Positions 1-10,353 of a stretch of DNA of 64,000 nucleotides are shown in pieces. Source of the DNA: Myxococcales bacterium (lineage in GTDB: Bacteria; Myxococcota_A; Polyangia; Polyangiales; Polyangiaceae). The stretch covers positions 4,656 through 68,655 of the forward strand of contig JBEQSW010000431.1 in NCBI GenBank assembly GCA_040348565.1. The letters run 5' to 3'. Below the pieces are notes generated by a model. It had not been told where the DNA came from. It saw only the letters and a program-made list of their open reading frames with translations, and ran no database searches. Position numbers and translations under genes: made by a program. Each line of letters begins with the position of its first letter. Positions within the stretch are counted from its first letter, which is position 1.

Positions 1-1
1 C

Positions 2-1039
2 GAACCCGCCAACGGCATCACCGACCCCGCGAATTTTCCAGGATTTCTCGAGGAAGACGGCAAGCTGCCGGTCAAGCTCGTGCAAGACGACGAGGAGTTC
101 GACGCCGTCAGCGTCAGCATGGGCTCGATGGGCATCGTGACCGCCGTGGTGCTGAAGACGGTGGACAAATTCTGGCTGCGCGAGAAGCGCACCCTCCACC
201 TCTGGTCCGAAATGTCGAAGCCCGGCGGCTACCTGGACACGCTCGTTCACCGCCCGGGCGCTTCCGGCTACCCCGACCACGTCGAAATCTACATCAACCC
301 GTACGAAAACCGTGCCGGGGACCATCATTGCGTCCTGACCCAGCGCTATCGTCTCCAATCCCTACCCAAGCCGACGCTGGACAGCGCGAACCGCGGCATC
401 CTCGGTGAAGGCGGCTTGTTCGACGACGCGCGCTTGCGCAAGCTCAGTGAGGGCGCGCTCGCCAAGCTGCTCGACGGCTCGAACGCCCGTGGGCTCGCCA
501 ACATTCTCGACGACATGCTCAAGAGCCAGCTCGACCAGAACTACACGGCTGAAAGCTACAAAGTCTTCAACCTCGGCTCGATCAACCAACTGCGCGCCCA
601 CGGAATCGAGATGGCATTCCCGCTGGAGCAGACCATCCCCGCCACGAATGCACTGTTCCAGCAAGCCAAGGTCGAATTTGCCGCCGGCCGGCACCACTCG
701 GTCCCGTTCTCGCTCCGCTTCGTCAAAGCTGCTGATTCCTTCCTCGCCATGCAGCACGGCCGCAACACCATGATGCTCGAAATGGGCGCGCTGGTGCAGG
801 CGCGCGGCAGTCGCACGTTGCTGCAAAACTACGAGCAATTTTTCATCGACCGCTTCGCCGCACGCCCGCACTGGGGGCTAGACATGTCCGTGCTGAAGAG
901 CTGGTCGCAGGTCGAAGCGCTGTACGGCGCCCAGCCCGCACAAGCCTGGCGGCGCGTGTACGAGCGACTCAACTCCAAAGGCACCTTCAACGGAAAGCTC
1001 ACGGACCGACTCGGCATTTCCGTCGTCAACGGCGCTTAG
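2..1039 (+). CDS. FAD-linked oxidase, D-arabinono-1,4-lactone oxidase (ALO)-like C-terminal part; 5' end lies outside the window
   Basis: Frame is open from position 2. Contains 'VSMGSMGIVTAVVL' (end of the FAD-binding domain), 'EMAFP', 'PFSLRFV' and C-terminal 'ARPHWG', typical of ALO/gulonolactone oxidases. Confidence 0.8.
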   Translation, partial: EPANGITDPANFPGFLEEDGKLPVKLVQDDEEFDAVSVSMGSMGIVTAVVLKTVDKFWLREKRTLHLWSEMSKPGGYLDTLVHRPGASGYPDHVEIYINPYENRAGDHHCVLTQRYRLQSLPKPTLDSANRGILGEGGLFDDARLRKLSEGALAKLLDGSNARGLANILDDMLKSQLDQNYTAESYKVFNLGSINQLRAHGIEMAFPLEQTIPATNALFQQAKVEFAAGRHHSVPFSLRFVKAADSFLAMQHGRNTMMLEMGALVQARGSRTLLQNYEQFFIDRFAARPHWGLDMSVLKSWSQVEALYGAQPAQAWRRVYERLNSKGTFNGKLTDRLGISVVNGA

Positions 1040-1166
1040 CAAAAGAGTGCGGTCTGAGGCCGGTTGCCCGCGAAGTCGCCGTGCGCGGCTCGCGTCCAGC
1101 TCGACGTTCGGGCGAGAGGGTCCTTTTGCCTCAACTTTAAAAACCATTGCCGAGTACGCTCTCCCG

Positions 1167-2528
1167 ATGCGTTTATTACTCGTTCCGTTGTTGTTGTTCG
1201 TCGCGGGCTCGGCAAAGGTCTGCGACTCGGCAGACAAGGCGAAAGCCGACGCTTCGGGCAGCGTCGCGGCTCAGGGCAGCGCGAGCGCGGACGCGAAGGT
1301 AGCGCTAGCGGCGCCGCGCATTGGCGGCACCGTGGCGAACGCGGGCGATTTCTCGGTCGAGCTGGCTGTGCATCGCAGCGGCTTGGTCGAAGCGCTGGTC
1401 AGCGACGCGAGCGGCAAGCTCGTGAGCGACGGCGTCAAGCTGTCGGCCACGGTGCAAACCAAGGCGGGGGCTGCCGAAAAGCTGGAGCTCGGGTTCGTGC
1501 CCGCGCGCGCTCGCTTCGAAGGGCACGCCAAGGCGGGTGTCGAGCTTTCGGCGGGGCCGGTGGCGGCGTCGCTCGAGGCGGCCGGCAAGAAGCTCGACCG
1601 TCAGCTCAACGTGGCGGCGACCTTGCCCGAGCCGCGCATCGGCGGCCACGTGCTGGCGGCCGGCGCCTTCAGCGCCGAGGTGCTCGCGAGCCCCAGCGGC
1701 GAGGTGCGGGCGCTCGTCAGTGATAGCGCTGGAGCCGAAGTCACCGGCGCGCTCGATGCGAAGCTGAGCGCGACCGTGAGCACCACGGCGGGGGCGCGCG
1801 AAACCATCGCGCTTGCCTTCGATGCCGGGCGGGCGTGCTTCGCCGGCAAAGCCAAAGCCGGCGTGGAGCTCGCGCCGGGTCCGCTCGAATTCTCGGTCGA
1901 CGCCAAGGTCGGCGGCGGCATCGGCCGCCTCGAGGGCATTGGTCTCAGCGTGGCTGCCAGCCATGGTGGGCAAGTCATCGCCGTGGGTGACTTCTCGGTC
2001 GAGCTCGTCGCAAAGGGCCAAGCCATCAGCGCGTTCGTGCTCGATGCGAGCGGCAAGGCCCACGTTGGCGGCGATCTGGATTTGAAGCTGCTGGTCGGCG
2101 CCGGCGCGGGCAGCGAGCTCGGGCTGAAATGGGACGCGCCGAGCGCCAGCTACACCGGCAAGATCGCGGCCAACGTCGACCTCGGTCTCGAGCCGCTCCG
2201 CGTCGCGCTCGTCGCCGGCGGCAAGGCTTTCGTGGGCGGCGTGGCGTCGCTCAACGCGGCTGCCAAAGCCAACGCCAAGCTGGACGGCAAGCTCGCCGTC
2301 GACGCCAAACTCGACGCCAAAGCCAAGCTTGCCGCCGACGCCAAAGCGAAGGTTGCGGCCGACGCGCAAGCCAAGCTCGATCAAGCCGCGAAAGCCGCCG
2401 CGTCGATCAAAGTCACCGCGCCGAAGGTGGACCTGAGCGCCAAGAAGAGCGCCAGCGCGAGCGCCAAAGCCGGCGGCGGCAAAGCGGACGCCAAAGCCTC
2501 AGCCGGCTTCAGCTTCGGAACCCACTAA
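1167..2528 (+). CDS. Secreted protein with three tandem ~107-aa repeat domains and an Ala/Lys-rich tail
   Basis: Hydrophobic signal peptide from ATG 1167. Repeats begin 'PRIGGTVANAGDFSVEL', 'PRIGGHVLAAGAFSAEV' and 'ASHGGQVIAVGDFSVEL'. DAKAK-rich C-terminus. Confidence 0.75.
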   Translation: MRLLLVPLLLFVAGSAKVCDSADKAKADASGSVAAQGSASADAKVALAAPRIGGTVANAGDFSVELAVHRSGLVEALVSDASGKLVSDGVKLSATVQTKAGAAEKLELGFVPARARFEGHAKAGVELSAGPVAASLEAAGKKLDRQLNVAATLPEPRIGGHVLAAGAFSAEVLASPSGEVRALVSDSAGAEVTGALDAKLSATVSTTAGARETIALAFDAGRACFAGKAKAGVELAPGPLEFSVDAKVGGGIGRLEGIGLSVAASHGGQVIAVGDFSVELVAKGQAISAFVLDASGKAHVGGDLDLKLLVGAGAGSELGLKWDAPSASYTGKIAANVDLGLEPLRVALVAGGKAFVGGVASLNAAAKANAKLDGKLAVDAKLDAKAKLAADAKAKVAADAQAKLDQAAKAAASIKVTAPKVDLSAKKSASASAKAGGGKADAKASAGFSFGTH

Positions 2529-2542
2529 CGCGCCTGCGACCC

Positions 2543-3523
2543 TCAACGTGGTCTCTTGAACACGAACAGCATCCCGCGACGGTCGTCATTGTCGCTCTCT
2601 CTCGCGTCGTCATTGTTGTCGAGCACCACGTAAACGTGGTGCTCGTCCAATGCGAGGCCCTCCGCCAGTCCGTAGGTCCGGTCTCGGTAGCGATAGCGCG
2701 GATCGTTTTCGGTGCGCGCATAGCTCCAGTGTCCCGCTTCGCGAAAGCGCCCATCCTTGCGTGTCATTTGCACCACGAGATGCGCGTTCCGATGCAAGGC
2801 GTACAATTCGCCCTCTGAAACCGAAAGGTCCGTCAGGTCGTCGGTGCGCCCCCAGGGCCCGGGACAGACTGCGCGCGGCAAGCGATACGCCACGACCGGG
2901 CCACCGCCTCCGTCCGCAACCTCCAACAAGCCGCGGGGCTCGCGTTCCGCGGCAATCACGAGCTGTTTTCCCACCCTTGCGACGCCTTCGAGCCCGGCGT
3001 TGCGTTTCTGGAACAACCCCGCATCCCGTCCGACTTTTTCGAGGGATGAGGTCAACCAAGTCGCCCGATCCGACGCCGACACGGCGAGTAGTCGATATTG
3101 CGCCTCGCTCGCCAAGAGCAAAGAGCCGTCCTCGGCGCCAGCAATGCCTTCGAGATCGAGCGCTTCGCCCCCCGGCGCCCGGAACCTGAGGAAGGGTCGA
3201 GCCACGGCGCTATCCCGTTGCAGGCTCAGCTCGAACACCGCGTCGTCATGCTTGTCCGAGACGACCAGCAGCCGGCCAGACGACAAGTACAACCCTGAAG
3301 GTTGAAAGTGGGCGCCGCCTTCTACCGGCAATGCCTGCTCGAGCTCCAGCTCGAGGGGAGCGGCCACACCCGGCGCGCACCGGACCAACGCTTCCGCTAA
3401 GGGGGTCGCCTTCTTGCAGCCGGTGAAGGCAACGAGCACCGCCAAGGCGATGCCCGCAAGGAGGGCAGAGCGCGCTGGGAGGTGGGAGCAAGGCACGGAC
3501 GGACGATAGGCCAGATCATGCAA
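2543..3523 (-). CDS. Lipoprotein with SdiA-regulated/phytase-like beta-propeller
   Basis: Lipobox 'FTGC'. Repeated blade motifs 'PSGL', 'DLEGIA', 'GLEGVA', 'LAEGLA'. Confidence 0.7.
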   Translation of the reverse strand: MHDLAYRPSVPCSHLPARSALLAGIALAVLVAFTGCKKATPLAEALVRCAPGVAAPLELELEQALPVEGGAHFQPSGLYLSSGRLLVVSDKHDDAVFELSLQRDSAVARPFLRFRAPGGEALDLEGIAGAEDGSLLLASEAQYRLLAVSASDRATWLTSSLEKVGRDAGLFQKRNAGLEGVARVGKQLVIAAEREPRGLLEVADGGGGPVVAYRLPRAVCPGPWGRTDDLTDLSVSEGELYALHRNAHLVVQMTRKDGRFREAGHWSYARTENDPRYRYRDRTYGLAEGLALDEHHVYVVLDNNDDARESDNDDRRGMLFVFKRPR

Positions 3524-3666
3524 GAGGGGGCTGCCGAGCTGCAGCCTGAATTGCAGAAGCTACCCCCGCGGAGCCGGGCAGTGGCGTGGCGAATGCTCGC
3601 ACGGAAGCCCCCGACCATGCCTAAGGCGCTGGTCGGGGGCTCGAACCGTTCTGAGCTAGCGCTGGC

Positions 3667-5742
3667 TCACTTGATGTTGACGCAGCAACCGGTGTCGCAA
3701 AAGCCGCCGGCGCCGCATTGGGAGGCATCGGTGCAAATGTCTCGGCCGCCGCAAGCCGCCTTTTGGTCGCAATAGTTCTGACCGACCGGCGTGCCCGCGT
3801 AGGTCGCCGTGACGTTGCCGGCCGCGTCGAGCGCGCACATGTCCATGTGCGTATCCCCGCACGCGCAGCTCTCGCCGCTGTCCGTGCAGGACATGCTGTC
3901 GTCGCTGGAGCTCCAGCTGCAATCGTTGCGCGTGCCCGTGGTGGGGTCGCAGAGCACGATATTGCACGGGACGACTCGGTTGTGCGCCTGATCCATGATC
4001 GTGCCCGCGACGTCGCGCGGGTTGTTGACTTCGATCTCGGGCTGACTGGTCGCCGGCACGTCCAAGCACGAGCTCAGGTCGGTCTCGACGCCGCCCACCT
4101 TGTACGAGGTGATGCTGCTGGGCTCGCCGTCGGACCAACTTGCGCTGGTCTGGTATCGCGCGGCGTTGGATGACGACCGGACCGATTTGTCGATGATGTT
4201 GAATTGTTCGTCAATCAGCGTGACATCGCCGAACCAAGGCAGGTGGGCCTTGACGTTGGCGGTCGCGTTGATGCGGGCGCGGGCCTCCGAGTCGATCCAC
4301 GTCTGCACGTGGTTGAGCACGGCGGGCTGGGAGTCAGGATCGATGGATTGACTTTCGCGGATGGCAAGGCCGTCTCGGAAATCGAACGCTGCCTCGAGAC
4401 CGAGGGCAATCTTGAAAATCTTGATGCTGGCGTTCACGCCGAAGCCGAAGCCGAGGTGAGTGGTGGGGCTCGACAAATTGGAGTCGCCGCTCAAGAGAGA
4501 GAAGACCGGCTCTCCGGGCACGTTGGGAACGAGCTGGCTGTTCTTGGGCGAGCCGATGTGCCACCAATTGTTGGGCACGCCGGTATCGACGAAGGGTCCC
4601 GAAGCGCCATAATTGCCCTCATAGGGCAAGCGGGCGTCCGATAGGTTGCTGTAATAGTCGTCGTTGCACGCCGAAAAGCCCTGAGAATTGCCGCAGGTGC
4701 GGAAGTGATCCTCCATGATCTTGTCGTCCGGGCACACCGCGCCGCAAGTATTGATGCCGCCCTCGGGAATCGAATTCTGGCACGCTTTGCATTCCACCTG
4801 CATGGCGTGGAAGCTGTCACGCCGCGCGGCTTCGCTCGCTTGTTCGAAGAAATAGCCGGCGCTGGAGTCGGCCTGTGGGGTCATGGCGTACGCAAACGCG
4901 TTGTGCCCGTCGTACGGGGTTCGGTTTTGGAAATCGAGGAACACCGTGCCGTTGAAGGGCCCGGCGATCGGAAACTCGGCGTCGGCGTGGAGGTTGAAGT
5001 GGTGACCGGAGGTCGTGAAGACGGAATACTGGCCGCGTTGCGCCGGGATGTGCTGATAGTAGGTCTTGGGCGGTAGCGGGTAGGCATCACGCCGCTTTGC
5101 GATCACCGAGCGCGCCGACTGCCACTCGGTCGGTGAATCGAAGTCGAAGGTTTGCGATTCGGTATCCAAGTATTGGTCGAACGCAACCAGCTGGCCCACT
5201 CGTTGGCCGGTAACGTGCAAATTTGCCGGATCGGCCGTGAGCACGGCGATACGGGACCGCATGCCGAACTTGCCGAGCGGCGTATCGATTTGAGCGACGG
5301 CGTTGTGCCCATCCGTGGCCTGAATCGCGCAGTACAGCGCCTGCGACTCGGCAACCGTGTTGCTCGTCGCCCAATCGGCTTTGGTCGACGAGCCCAGATA
5401 CGCCGTCGATTTGGCGTCGTCATCGCCGCAGCCCACGTCCACGCTGAAGGCACTGCTCGCCAACGCGATGTCGGCAACTTGATTGATGGCCGAGCAGATA
5501 TCGCTCGAGTTGAGGGCCGCTTTGACGGAGCCGACGGCCGCGCTGCCGTCGCCGTCGGCGTCAGCGGTTTCTCCCTGGAAGTCACCGCCGCTACAAGCGC
5601 TCGCGGCGAGGGCTAGCAGCGCTACCCCTCCGCACCCGAGCACGCGAGGACGAAGGACGCGCGGGCGGGGGCCGGCCGGCAATGAGTCGATGGAATCGAT
5701 CCAATTGGAGGATTGTTCTAGGCGTTGTCGATGAAGTTGCAT
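3667..5742 (-). CDS. Large lipoprotein with Cys-rich C-terminal domain
   Basis: 691-aa ORF with lipobox 'ASAC' and a Cys-rich tail (C-x-D-A-S-Q-C-x4-F-C-D-T-G-C-C). A sigma54 promoter lies upstream. Start uncertain. Confidence 0.7.
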   Translation of the reverse strand: MQLHRQRLEQSSNWIDSIDSLPAGPRPRVLRPRVLGCGGVALLALAASACSGGDFQGETADADGDGSAAVGSVKAALNSSDICSAINQVADIALASSAFSVDVGCGDDDAKSTAYLGSSTKADWATSNTVAESQALYCAIQATDGHNAVAQIDTPLGKFGMRSRIAVLTADPANLHVTGQRVGQLVAFDQYLDTESQTFDFDSPTEWQSARSVIAKRRDAYPLPPKTYYQHIPAQRGQYSVFTTSGHHFNLHADAEFPIAGPFNGTVFLDFQNRTPYDGHNAFAYAMTPQADSSAGYFFEQASEAARRDSFHAMQVECKACQNSIPEGGINTCGAVCPDDKIMEDHFRTCGNSQGFSACNDDYYSNLSDARLPYEGNYGASGPFVDTGVPNNWWHIGSPKNSQLVPNVPGEPVFSLLSGDSNLSSPTTHLGFGFGVNASIKIFKIALGLEAAFDFRDGLAIRESQSIDPDSQPAVLNHVQTWIDSEARARINATANVKAHLPWFGDVTLIDEQFNIIDKSVRSSSNAARYQTSASWSDGEPSSITSYKVGGVETDLSSCLDVPATSQPEIEVNNPRDVAGTIMDQAHNRVVPCNIVLCDPTTGTRNDCSWSSSDDSMSCTDSGESCACGDTHMDMCALDAAGNVTATYAGTPVGQNYCDQKAACGGRDICTDASQCGAGGFCDTGCCVNIK

Positions 5743-5825
5743 GGTTCCTGCGCTCCGATGAGTGGTGATTGAACGATCGGCGAGCGGCGCGTGCTGAAAG
5801 CCGCGCGTCGCTCGGATGCGCCCTA

Positions 5826-5841
5826 AGCAACCGACGTGCCG
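5826..5841 (-). promoter_or_regulatory. sigma54 (-24/-12) promoter for the 3667-5742 gene
   Basis: Minus strand reads CGGCAC-GTCGG-TTGCT (GG-N10-GC), matching the TGGCAC-N5-TTGCW consensus. A GAFTGA activator is encoded 3 kb away. Confidence 0.75.
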
Positions 5842-5989
5842 CCTGCGCTCACCGTGTCGGCTGCGGCGCGCAGCGCGAATTCGTGGGTAGAAAGGGCTGT
5901 CCGCTCGTCCCGTGGACAGCGAGCGCGGCGGACAATCGCCGTCCGGACGGCGGCGTGCTCAGCGCCCGCGCGGTGACCGCTACCGGTGC

Positions 5990-7390
5990 TCAAAAGCTCG
6001 AGCCGTAGCCGAGCTGAGCGCCGCGGCCGGTCACGGTCAGGGTGGGCTGCGGCGTGCTGGCCGTCAGCCACAAGCCGATGGACGTGGCGAGGAGCGTGCC
6101 GGCGGCCACGCCCATGCCAAGCGCGAGCGCATCGCGGTTGCGGATCGAGTTCTCTTCGGCGAGCAGCTGATCCAGCGCTTGGGCGGCGGCGGCGGTCGAC
6201 TGGCTGGTGTGGGACTCGAGAAACCGTCGATTCTTTTCTCGCCAGTCTTGGTAGCGGCCGGCGTTCGAGATGGCCAAGCTCACCGCGACGGCCCCCGACG
6301 CGATCGCGACGCCGCCCACTGCATACGCCGCGAATCGTTGCACCGACGCGCGCCGCTCACGGTTGCGCTCGAGCTCTCGTCGACTGCGCGGCGGCACGAG
6401 GCTGAGGCGCAAGGCTCGACCAGGGGCAAGATCGACGCCGATCTCCCGACGCTCGAAGCCCAAGCCTTCGACTGCGACTCGATGCTTGCCGGGCACCAAC
6501 GGCTCGCCTCGAAACGGCTGGCCATCGACGGTGACCGTCGTGGCCAGCGGGTGCTCGATGGCCAAGCGCGAAGCATTGGCCGCGCGAGGGTCCCGCGTCA
6601 GGGCGCAAGCGTAGCGGGTCGACTTGTCGGGCGCGAGCTCGAGCTCTACCGTCGCGGTCTGGTAGCCGGCGCGGGCAAGCACGAGCTGGTGTCGCCCGGC
6701 CTTCAACAGTAGCGGCTTCGATAGCGGTGTTCGGGCGCGCTCGACACCGTCGACACTGACTCGCACGTCAGGAATCGAGCAGGCAAGCTCGAGCGACGCC
6801 GCGCCGGTGCGAGGACTGAGCGCGACCTCGACGGGCATGGTCTCGCCGGGCGTGATGGTCACGCTCTTGGCAAACGTGAGGAAGCCGTCGGCGGACACCA
6901 CCAAACCGTGTGCACCCGCTTCGAGCTCGGTTGCGCTAGTCATCGGCGCATTGCCGATTCGTTGGCCGTCGATCGTGATCTCGGCACCGGCCGGTTGCAC
7001 CTCGAGCGCCAGCTTGCCGATCCGTCGTCGATACGCGGCCACCAGCTCTGCTACGCGACGGCGTTGCTGGAGGTCTATGTTCACTCCGCCGAGCTCCAGG
7101 TAGCGCTCCAAGGTCTGCGCCGCCTTCACGGCGTGGCCGGCTGCGCCGTAAGCTTGGCCCAAGTTGAACAGCACCGAATAATTCGGGCTGAGCGCGTAGG
7201 CTCGTTCGAACTCGGCTATGGCCGCTTCGAACACTCCTTCGCTGGCCAACTGGTAGCCGCGGTCGTAGTGAGCGCGCGCAGCATCGGTCGCGTCTTCGGC
7301 GCGGGCTTTTCCGCTGAACGAGACGAGGTGCCCAAGCAGAAGGCCGCACGTAAGCCAGCGTCGCGCTCTCGACGACGCCTCACTTGCCAT
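5990..7390 (-). CDS. TPR + PEGA domain protein
   Basis: Signal peptide; TPR 'ARAHYDRGYQL...AIAEFERAYALSPNYSVLFNLGQAY'; PEGA repeats 'QPAGAEITIDG' and 'PDVRVSVDG'; hydrophobic C-terminal hairpins. Confidence 0.85.
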   Translation of the reverse strand: MASEASSRARRWLTCGLLLGHLVSFSGKARAEDATDAARAHYDRGYQLASEGVFEAAIAEFERAYALSPNYSVLFNLGQAYGAAGHAVKAAQTLERYLELGGVNIDLQQRRRVAELVAAYRRRIGKLALEVQPAGAEITIDGQRIGNAPMTSATELEAGAHGLVVSADGFLTFAKSVTITPGETMPVEVALSPRTGAASLELACSIPDVRVSVDGVERARTPLSKPLLLKAGRHQLVLARAGYQTATVELELAPDKSTRYACALTRDPRAANASRLAIEHPLATTVTVDGQPFRGEPLVPGKHRVAVEGLGFERREIGVDLAPGRALRLSLVPPRSRRELERNRERRASVQRFAAYAVGGVAIASGAVAVSLAISNAGRYQDWREKNRRFLESHTSQSTAAAAQALDQLLAEENSIRNRDALALGMGVAAGTLLATSIGLWLTASTPQPTLTVTGRGAQLGYGSSF

Positions 7391-8780
7391 AGGGGTTTCG
7401 CGGATCGAACCAATTGGGCGAGCGCGGCACGCTGTCGACCGGAGCCGACTTGGCGGGATGCGCCGGCCTCCGAAGACCGGCCGGGCGAGCGCTGATGGTG
7501 GCTGAATCGAGCGGCGGCGTAGCCGCGTCTGGGTCTTTGGCTGTCGCCGGAGCCGGAGCCGGAGCCGGCAGCGCGGAGGGAGCTACGACCGCGGTCGCGA
7601 CCGGCGTGGGCGCGTTGCGGGCTTGCACCGCGAGCTTCGGAGCCGGCGACCTCTCCGGCGTGCGCATCGAAAAAGCGCCCCAACAGGCCGCCGCGACGAC
7701 ACCGGCGCAAGCGATGGCCGGCCCGAGCCAATGCCGGCCACGACGCTCCATCGCCCTTGGCTCGGTGGCAGCGAGCGCCGCCGTGCCCGTCAAGCCCGTC
7801 AGGCCCGCGCTGGGCGTCGGCTCGCCGTCTCCCACCCGCGGAATCGCGGCCAAGTCGACGCGCCAGGGCGTGCTTGGACCAAGCTCGCGGATGGTGTTCG
7901 CGAAGGGCAAGAGCTCGCGAGCGAACGCCAGCGCCGAATCGGGGCGCAGCTCTGCCTGCTTGTTCAGCGCGCGCAAGATGACACTCTCGAGCTCGCGCGG
8001 GACCGCGGCGCGGTCGATGGGCGGAGGCTCGCTATTCATGATTTTGTACAGCACGCGCTCGAGTGAATCGGCCTCGAATGGGTGCTTCCCGCTCAGGCAT
8101 CGATGTAAGATCACGCCCAGCGCGAACACGTCCGCGCGCGGACCGAGGGCGCCGTCGTGCGCGACTTGCTCGGGCGCCATGTAGCGCGCCGTTCCGATCA
8201 ACGCACCGGGCTGGGTTTGGTCGGTGTCGGCGAGCTTGGCTACCCCGAAGTCGAGCAGCGTGCAGCGCTCACGACCGCCATCGACAGCCGTCACGAACAG
8301 GTTCTCGGGTTTCAGATCGCGGTGGACGAGCCCGTGGGCGTGCGTGACGTGCAGACCCAGGCACACGTCGATAGCCAAGTTGACGGCGCGCGCCACGGGT
8401 AAAACTGGCAATTTGCGCAATAGCTGACGCAAATCTTCCCCCTGCAGCCGCTCCATCACGAAGTACGGGCGAGCGTCACTCAACAGCCCTGAGTCGACGA
8501 TGCTGACGATGTAGTCGCTTTCGAGCGACGCCAAGGCCTGCGCCTCGCGTTCGAAGCGCTGGCTCACCAGCTCGTTTTTGGCCAAGTCGGCCCGCAGCAG
8601 CTTGAGGGCGAAGCTTCGGCGGAGCCGCGTGTGCTCGACCTCGTAGACGCTGCCCATGCCGCCCGAGCCCAAGAATCCCAAGACGCGATAGCGACCATCG
8701 CTGGTTCCGGTAAAGTCATCCGCAATGCCGTCGCCCCGCCTCAGCGGCTCGTGCTCAGAGGCGAGGCGCGCGTTCTGCAT
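7380..8780 (-). CDS. Hanks-type Ser/Thr protein kinase with TM segment
   Basis: GSGGMG, ALK, HRDLKPEN, DFG and YMAPE motifs; C-terminal TM segment and Pro-rich linker. Start taken at MQNARL. Confidence 0.93.
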   Translation of the reverse strand: MQNARLASEHEPLRRGDGIADDFTGTSDGRYRVLGFLGSGGMGSVYEVEHTRLRRSFALKLLRADLAKNELVSQRFEREAQALASLESDYIVSIVDSGLLSDARPYFVMERLQGEDLRQLLRKLPVLPVARAVNLAIDVCLGLHVTHAHGLVHRDLKPENLFVTAVDGGRERCTLLDFGVAKLADTDQTQPGALIGTARYMAPEQVAHDGALGPRADVFALGVILHRCLSGKHPFEADSLERVLYKIMNSEPPPIDRAAVPRELESVILRALNKQAELRPDSALAFARELLPFANTIRELGPSTPWRVDLAAIPRVGDGEPTPSAGLTGLTGTAALAATEPRAMERRGRHWLGPAIACAGVVAAACWGAFSMRTPERSPAPKLAVQARNAPTPVATAVVAPSALPAPAPAPATAKDPDAATPPLDSATISARPAGLRRPAHPAKSAPVDSVPRSPNWFDPRNPYGK

Positions 8781-10119
8781 CGTCCTCGGCTCGAGGTGGC
8801 TCCGCCACGGGGTCGACCGTGCGGCCCGAAAGCAAGCGGTAGGCGCGCTGCCGTGAAATACCCGCCTGGGCTGCCGCACGCGAAAGGTTACCGTCGTTCT
8901 CGCTGAGCGCCTGCTCAAGCGTTCGAAGGTCGTGCTCGTTGCGGTCGGCGGCTACGACTCGAGGGACTCGAGGAGCAGCCGGCTCCTGTTCGCTGCGGCC
9001 GAAGCTCACCGGCAGCATGTATTGCGTGAGTAGTGGCTCGTGACCGTGCATCACCGCCAACTGGCGGGTCAATAGCTCCAGTTGTCGCACGTTGTCGGGC
9101 CAACCGAAGAGCAGCAAGCGCTCCAACGCCCGCACATCGACCGCGGGTGGGCGGCCACCGGTCGCTTGTCGCAAGAAATAACCGAACAAAAAGCCGACAT
9201 CTGCGCGTCGCTCGCGCAACGGCGGTATCGCCAAGCACATTCCGTTCAGCCTCGCGGCCAAGTCTTGGCGTAGGCGCTTGTCTTGCACCAGCTGCTCCAA
9301 ACCGACTTGGCACGCCGACAAGATCCGCACGTCCAGCTTGACGGCCGTGGTTTCGCCGAGCGGAGTGACCTGACGTTCTTGCAAGACTCGCAGCAGCTTG
9401 GCCTGAACCGGCAACGGCAGCTCGGCCAGCTCGTCGAGCAAGAGGGTACCACCCTGGGCGGCGCGCAGATGCCCCAAGCCCGCTTGGTCCGCGCCGGTGA
9501 AAGCTCCTTTCCGATAGCCGAACAGCTCTGCCTCGGCCAAGCCGCTCGGCAGCGCTGCGCAATTGACCGCGTGAAATGCGCCCGCACGCTCGCTCAACAG
9601 GTGGATCGCACGGGCGAAGCACTCTTTGCCGACGCCCGTTTCGCCCAGTACGACGATGGGCAAGTCACTACGAGCCGCTCGTTTGAGCTGCTCGAGCAGA
9701 CTCCAAAGACTCGGACCGAACAGCGCGCCTCCCAACTCGGTCGGCCCGTTCGACTGCTCCGGATCGACTCGCTCCACGACGCCGAGCGCGTCGCCCACAC
9801 GTAGCACATCCGACTCCGACAGCGCGGCGTGCGCGATGCGACGACCGTTGAGAAAGGTGCCGTTTCGACTGTCCAGATCTCGAATCGCGAACAGCGGCCC
9901 TTGGCGTTCGAGCTCGGCATGGCGCCGCGAAACACCCCCGGAATCCACGCGAAGATCGGCCTCGGGAGCCCTGCCAATCACGAGCGTCGTGCCCAACAGC
10001 AGGTCCACTTCCTCCGGCTTGCCCGTCAGCCAGCGGACGCCCAAGGGCAAGCTCCGCCGATTGGTTCGCTCGCCGTCAGCCAAGCTCAGCGTCGTGTTGG
10101 ATTCATCACGTGAACTCAA
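8755..10119 (-). CDS. FHA-domain sigma54-dependent transcriptional activator (Fis-type HTH)
   Basis: FHA 'IGR...VSRRHA...DLDSRNGTFLNG'; Walker A 'GETGVGKE'; 'GAFTGA'; 'WPDNVRQL'; HTH 'NLSRAAAQAGISR'. TTG start at 10119 preceded by GGAGG. Confidence 0.93.
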   Translation of the reverse strand: MSSRDESNTTLSLADGERTNRRSLPLGVRWLTGKPEEVDLLLGTTLVIGRAPEADLRVDSGGVSRRHAELERQGPLFAIRDLDSRNGTFLNGRRIAHAALSESDVLRVGDALGVVERVDPEQSNGPTELGGALFGPSLWSLLEQLKRAARSDLPIVVLGETGVGKECFARAIHLLSERAGAFHAVNCAALPSGLAEAELFGYRKGAFTGADQAGLGHLRAAQGGTLLLDELAELPLPVQAKLLRVLQERQVTPLGETTAVKLDVRILSACQVGLEQLVQDKRLRQDLAARLNGMCLAIPPLRERRADVGFLFGYFLRQATGGRPPAVDVRALERLLLFGWPDNVRQLELLTRQLAVMHGHEPLLTQYMLPVSFGRSEQEPAAPRVPRVVAADRNEHDLRTLEQALSENDGNLSRAAAQAGISRQRAYRLLSGRTVDPVAEPPRAEDDAERAPRL

Positions 10120-10258
10120 TCGACCTCCACGTTCGCGGGGACGAGTAGCACTTGACTCGAGGAGTGTCGACGTTGCTCCGGACAACGCTCGGCGTACGCA
10201 GTCGACGTCCGGACAGCGGGTTTGGCTGACGCAGGCGCATTCTCGCCACGCATCTAGC

Positions 10259-10274
10259 TGGCATGCGGCGTGCT
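10259..10274 (+). promoter_or_regulatory. sigma54 (-24/-12) promoter for the divergent lipoprotein pair
   Basis: TGGCAT-GCGGC-GTGCT (GG-N10-GC), about 80 bp upstream of ATG 10354. Confidence 0.65.
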
Positions 10275-10353
10275 TTGGGGCACAGATGCTCCGGGCCTGC
10301 TCCGTGCCGACTTGCTCGACCATCCAAACGGCGATAGCGAGGAGCTGCCATTG

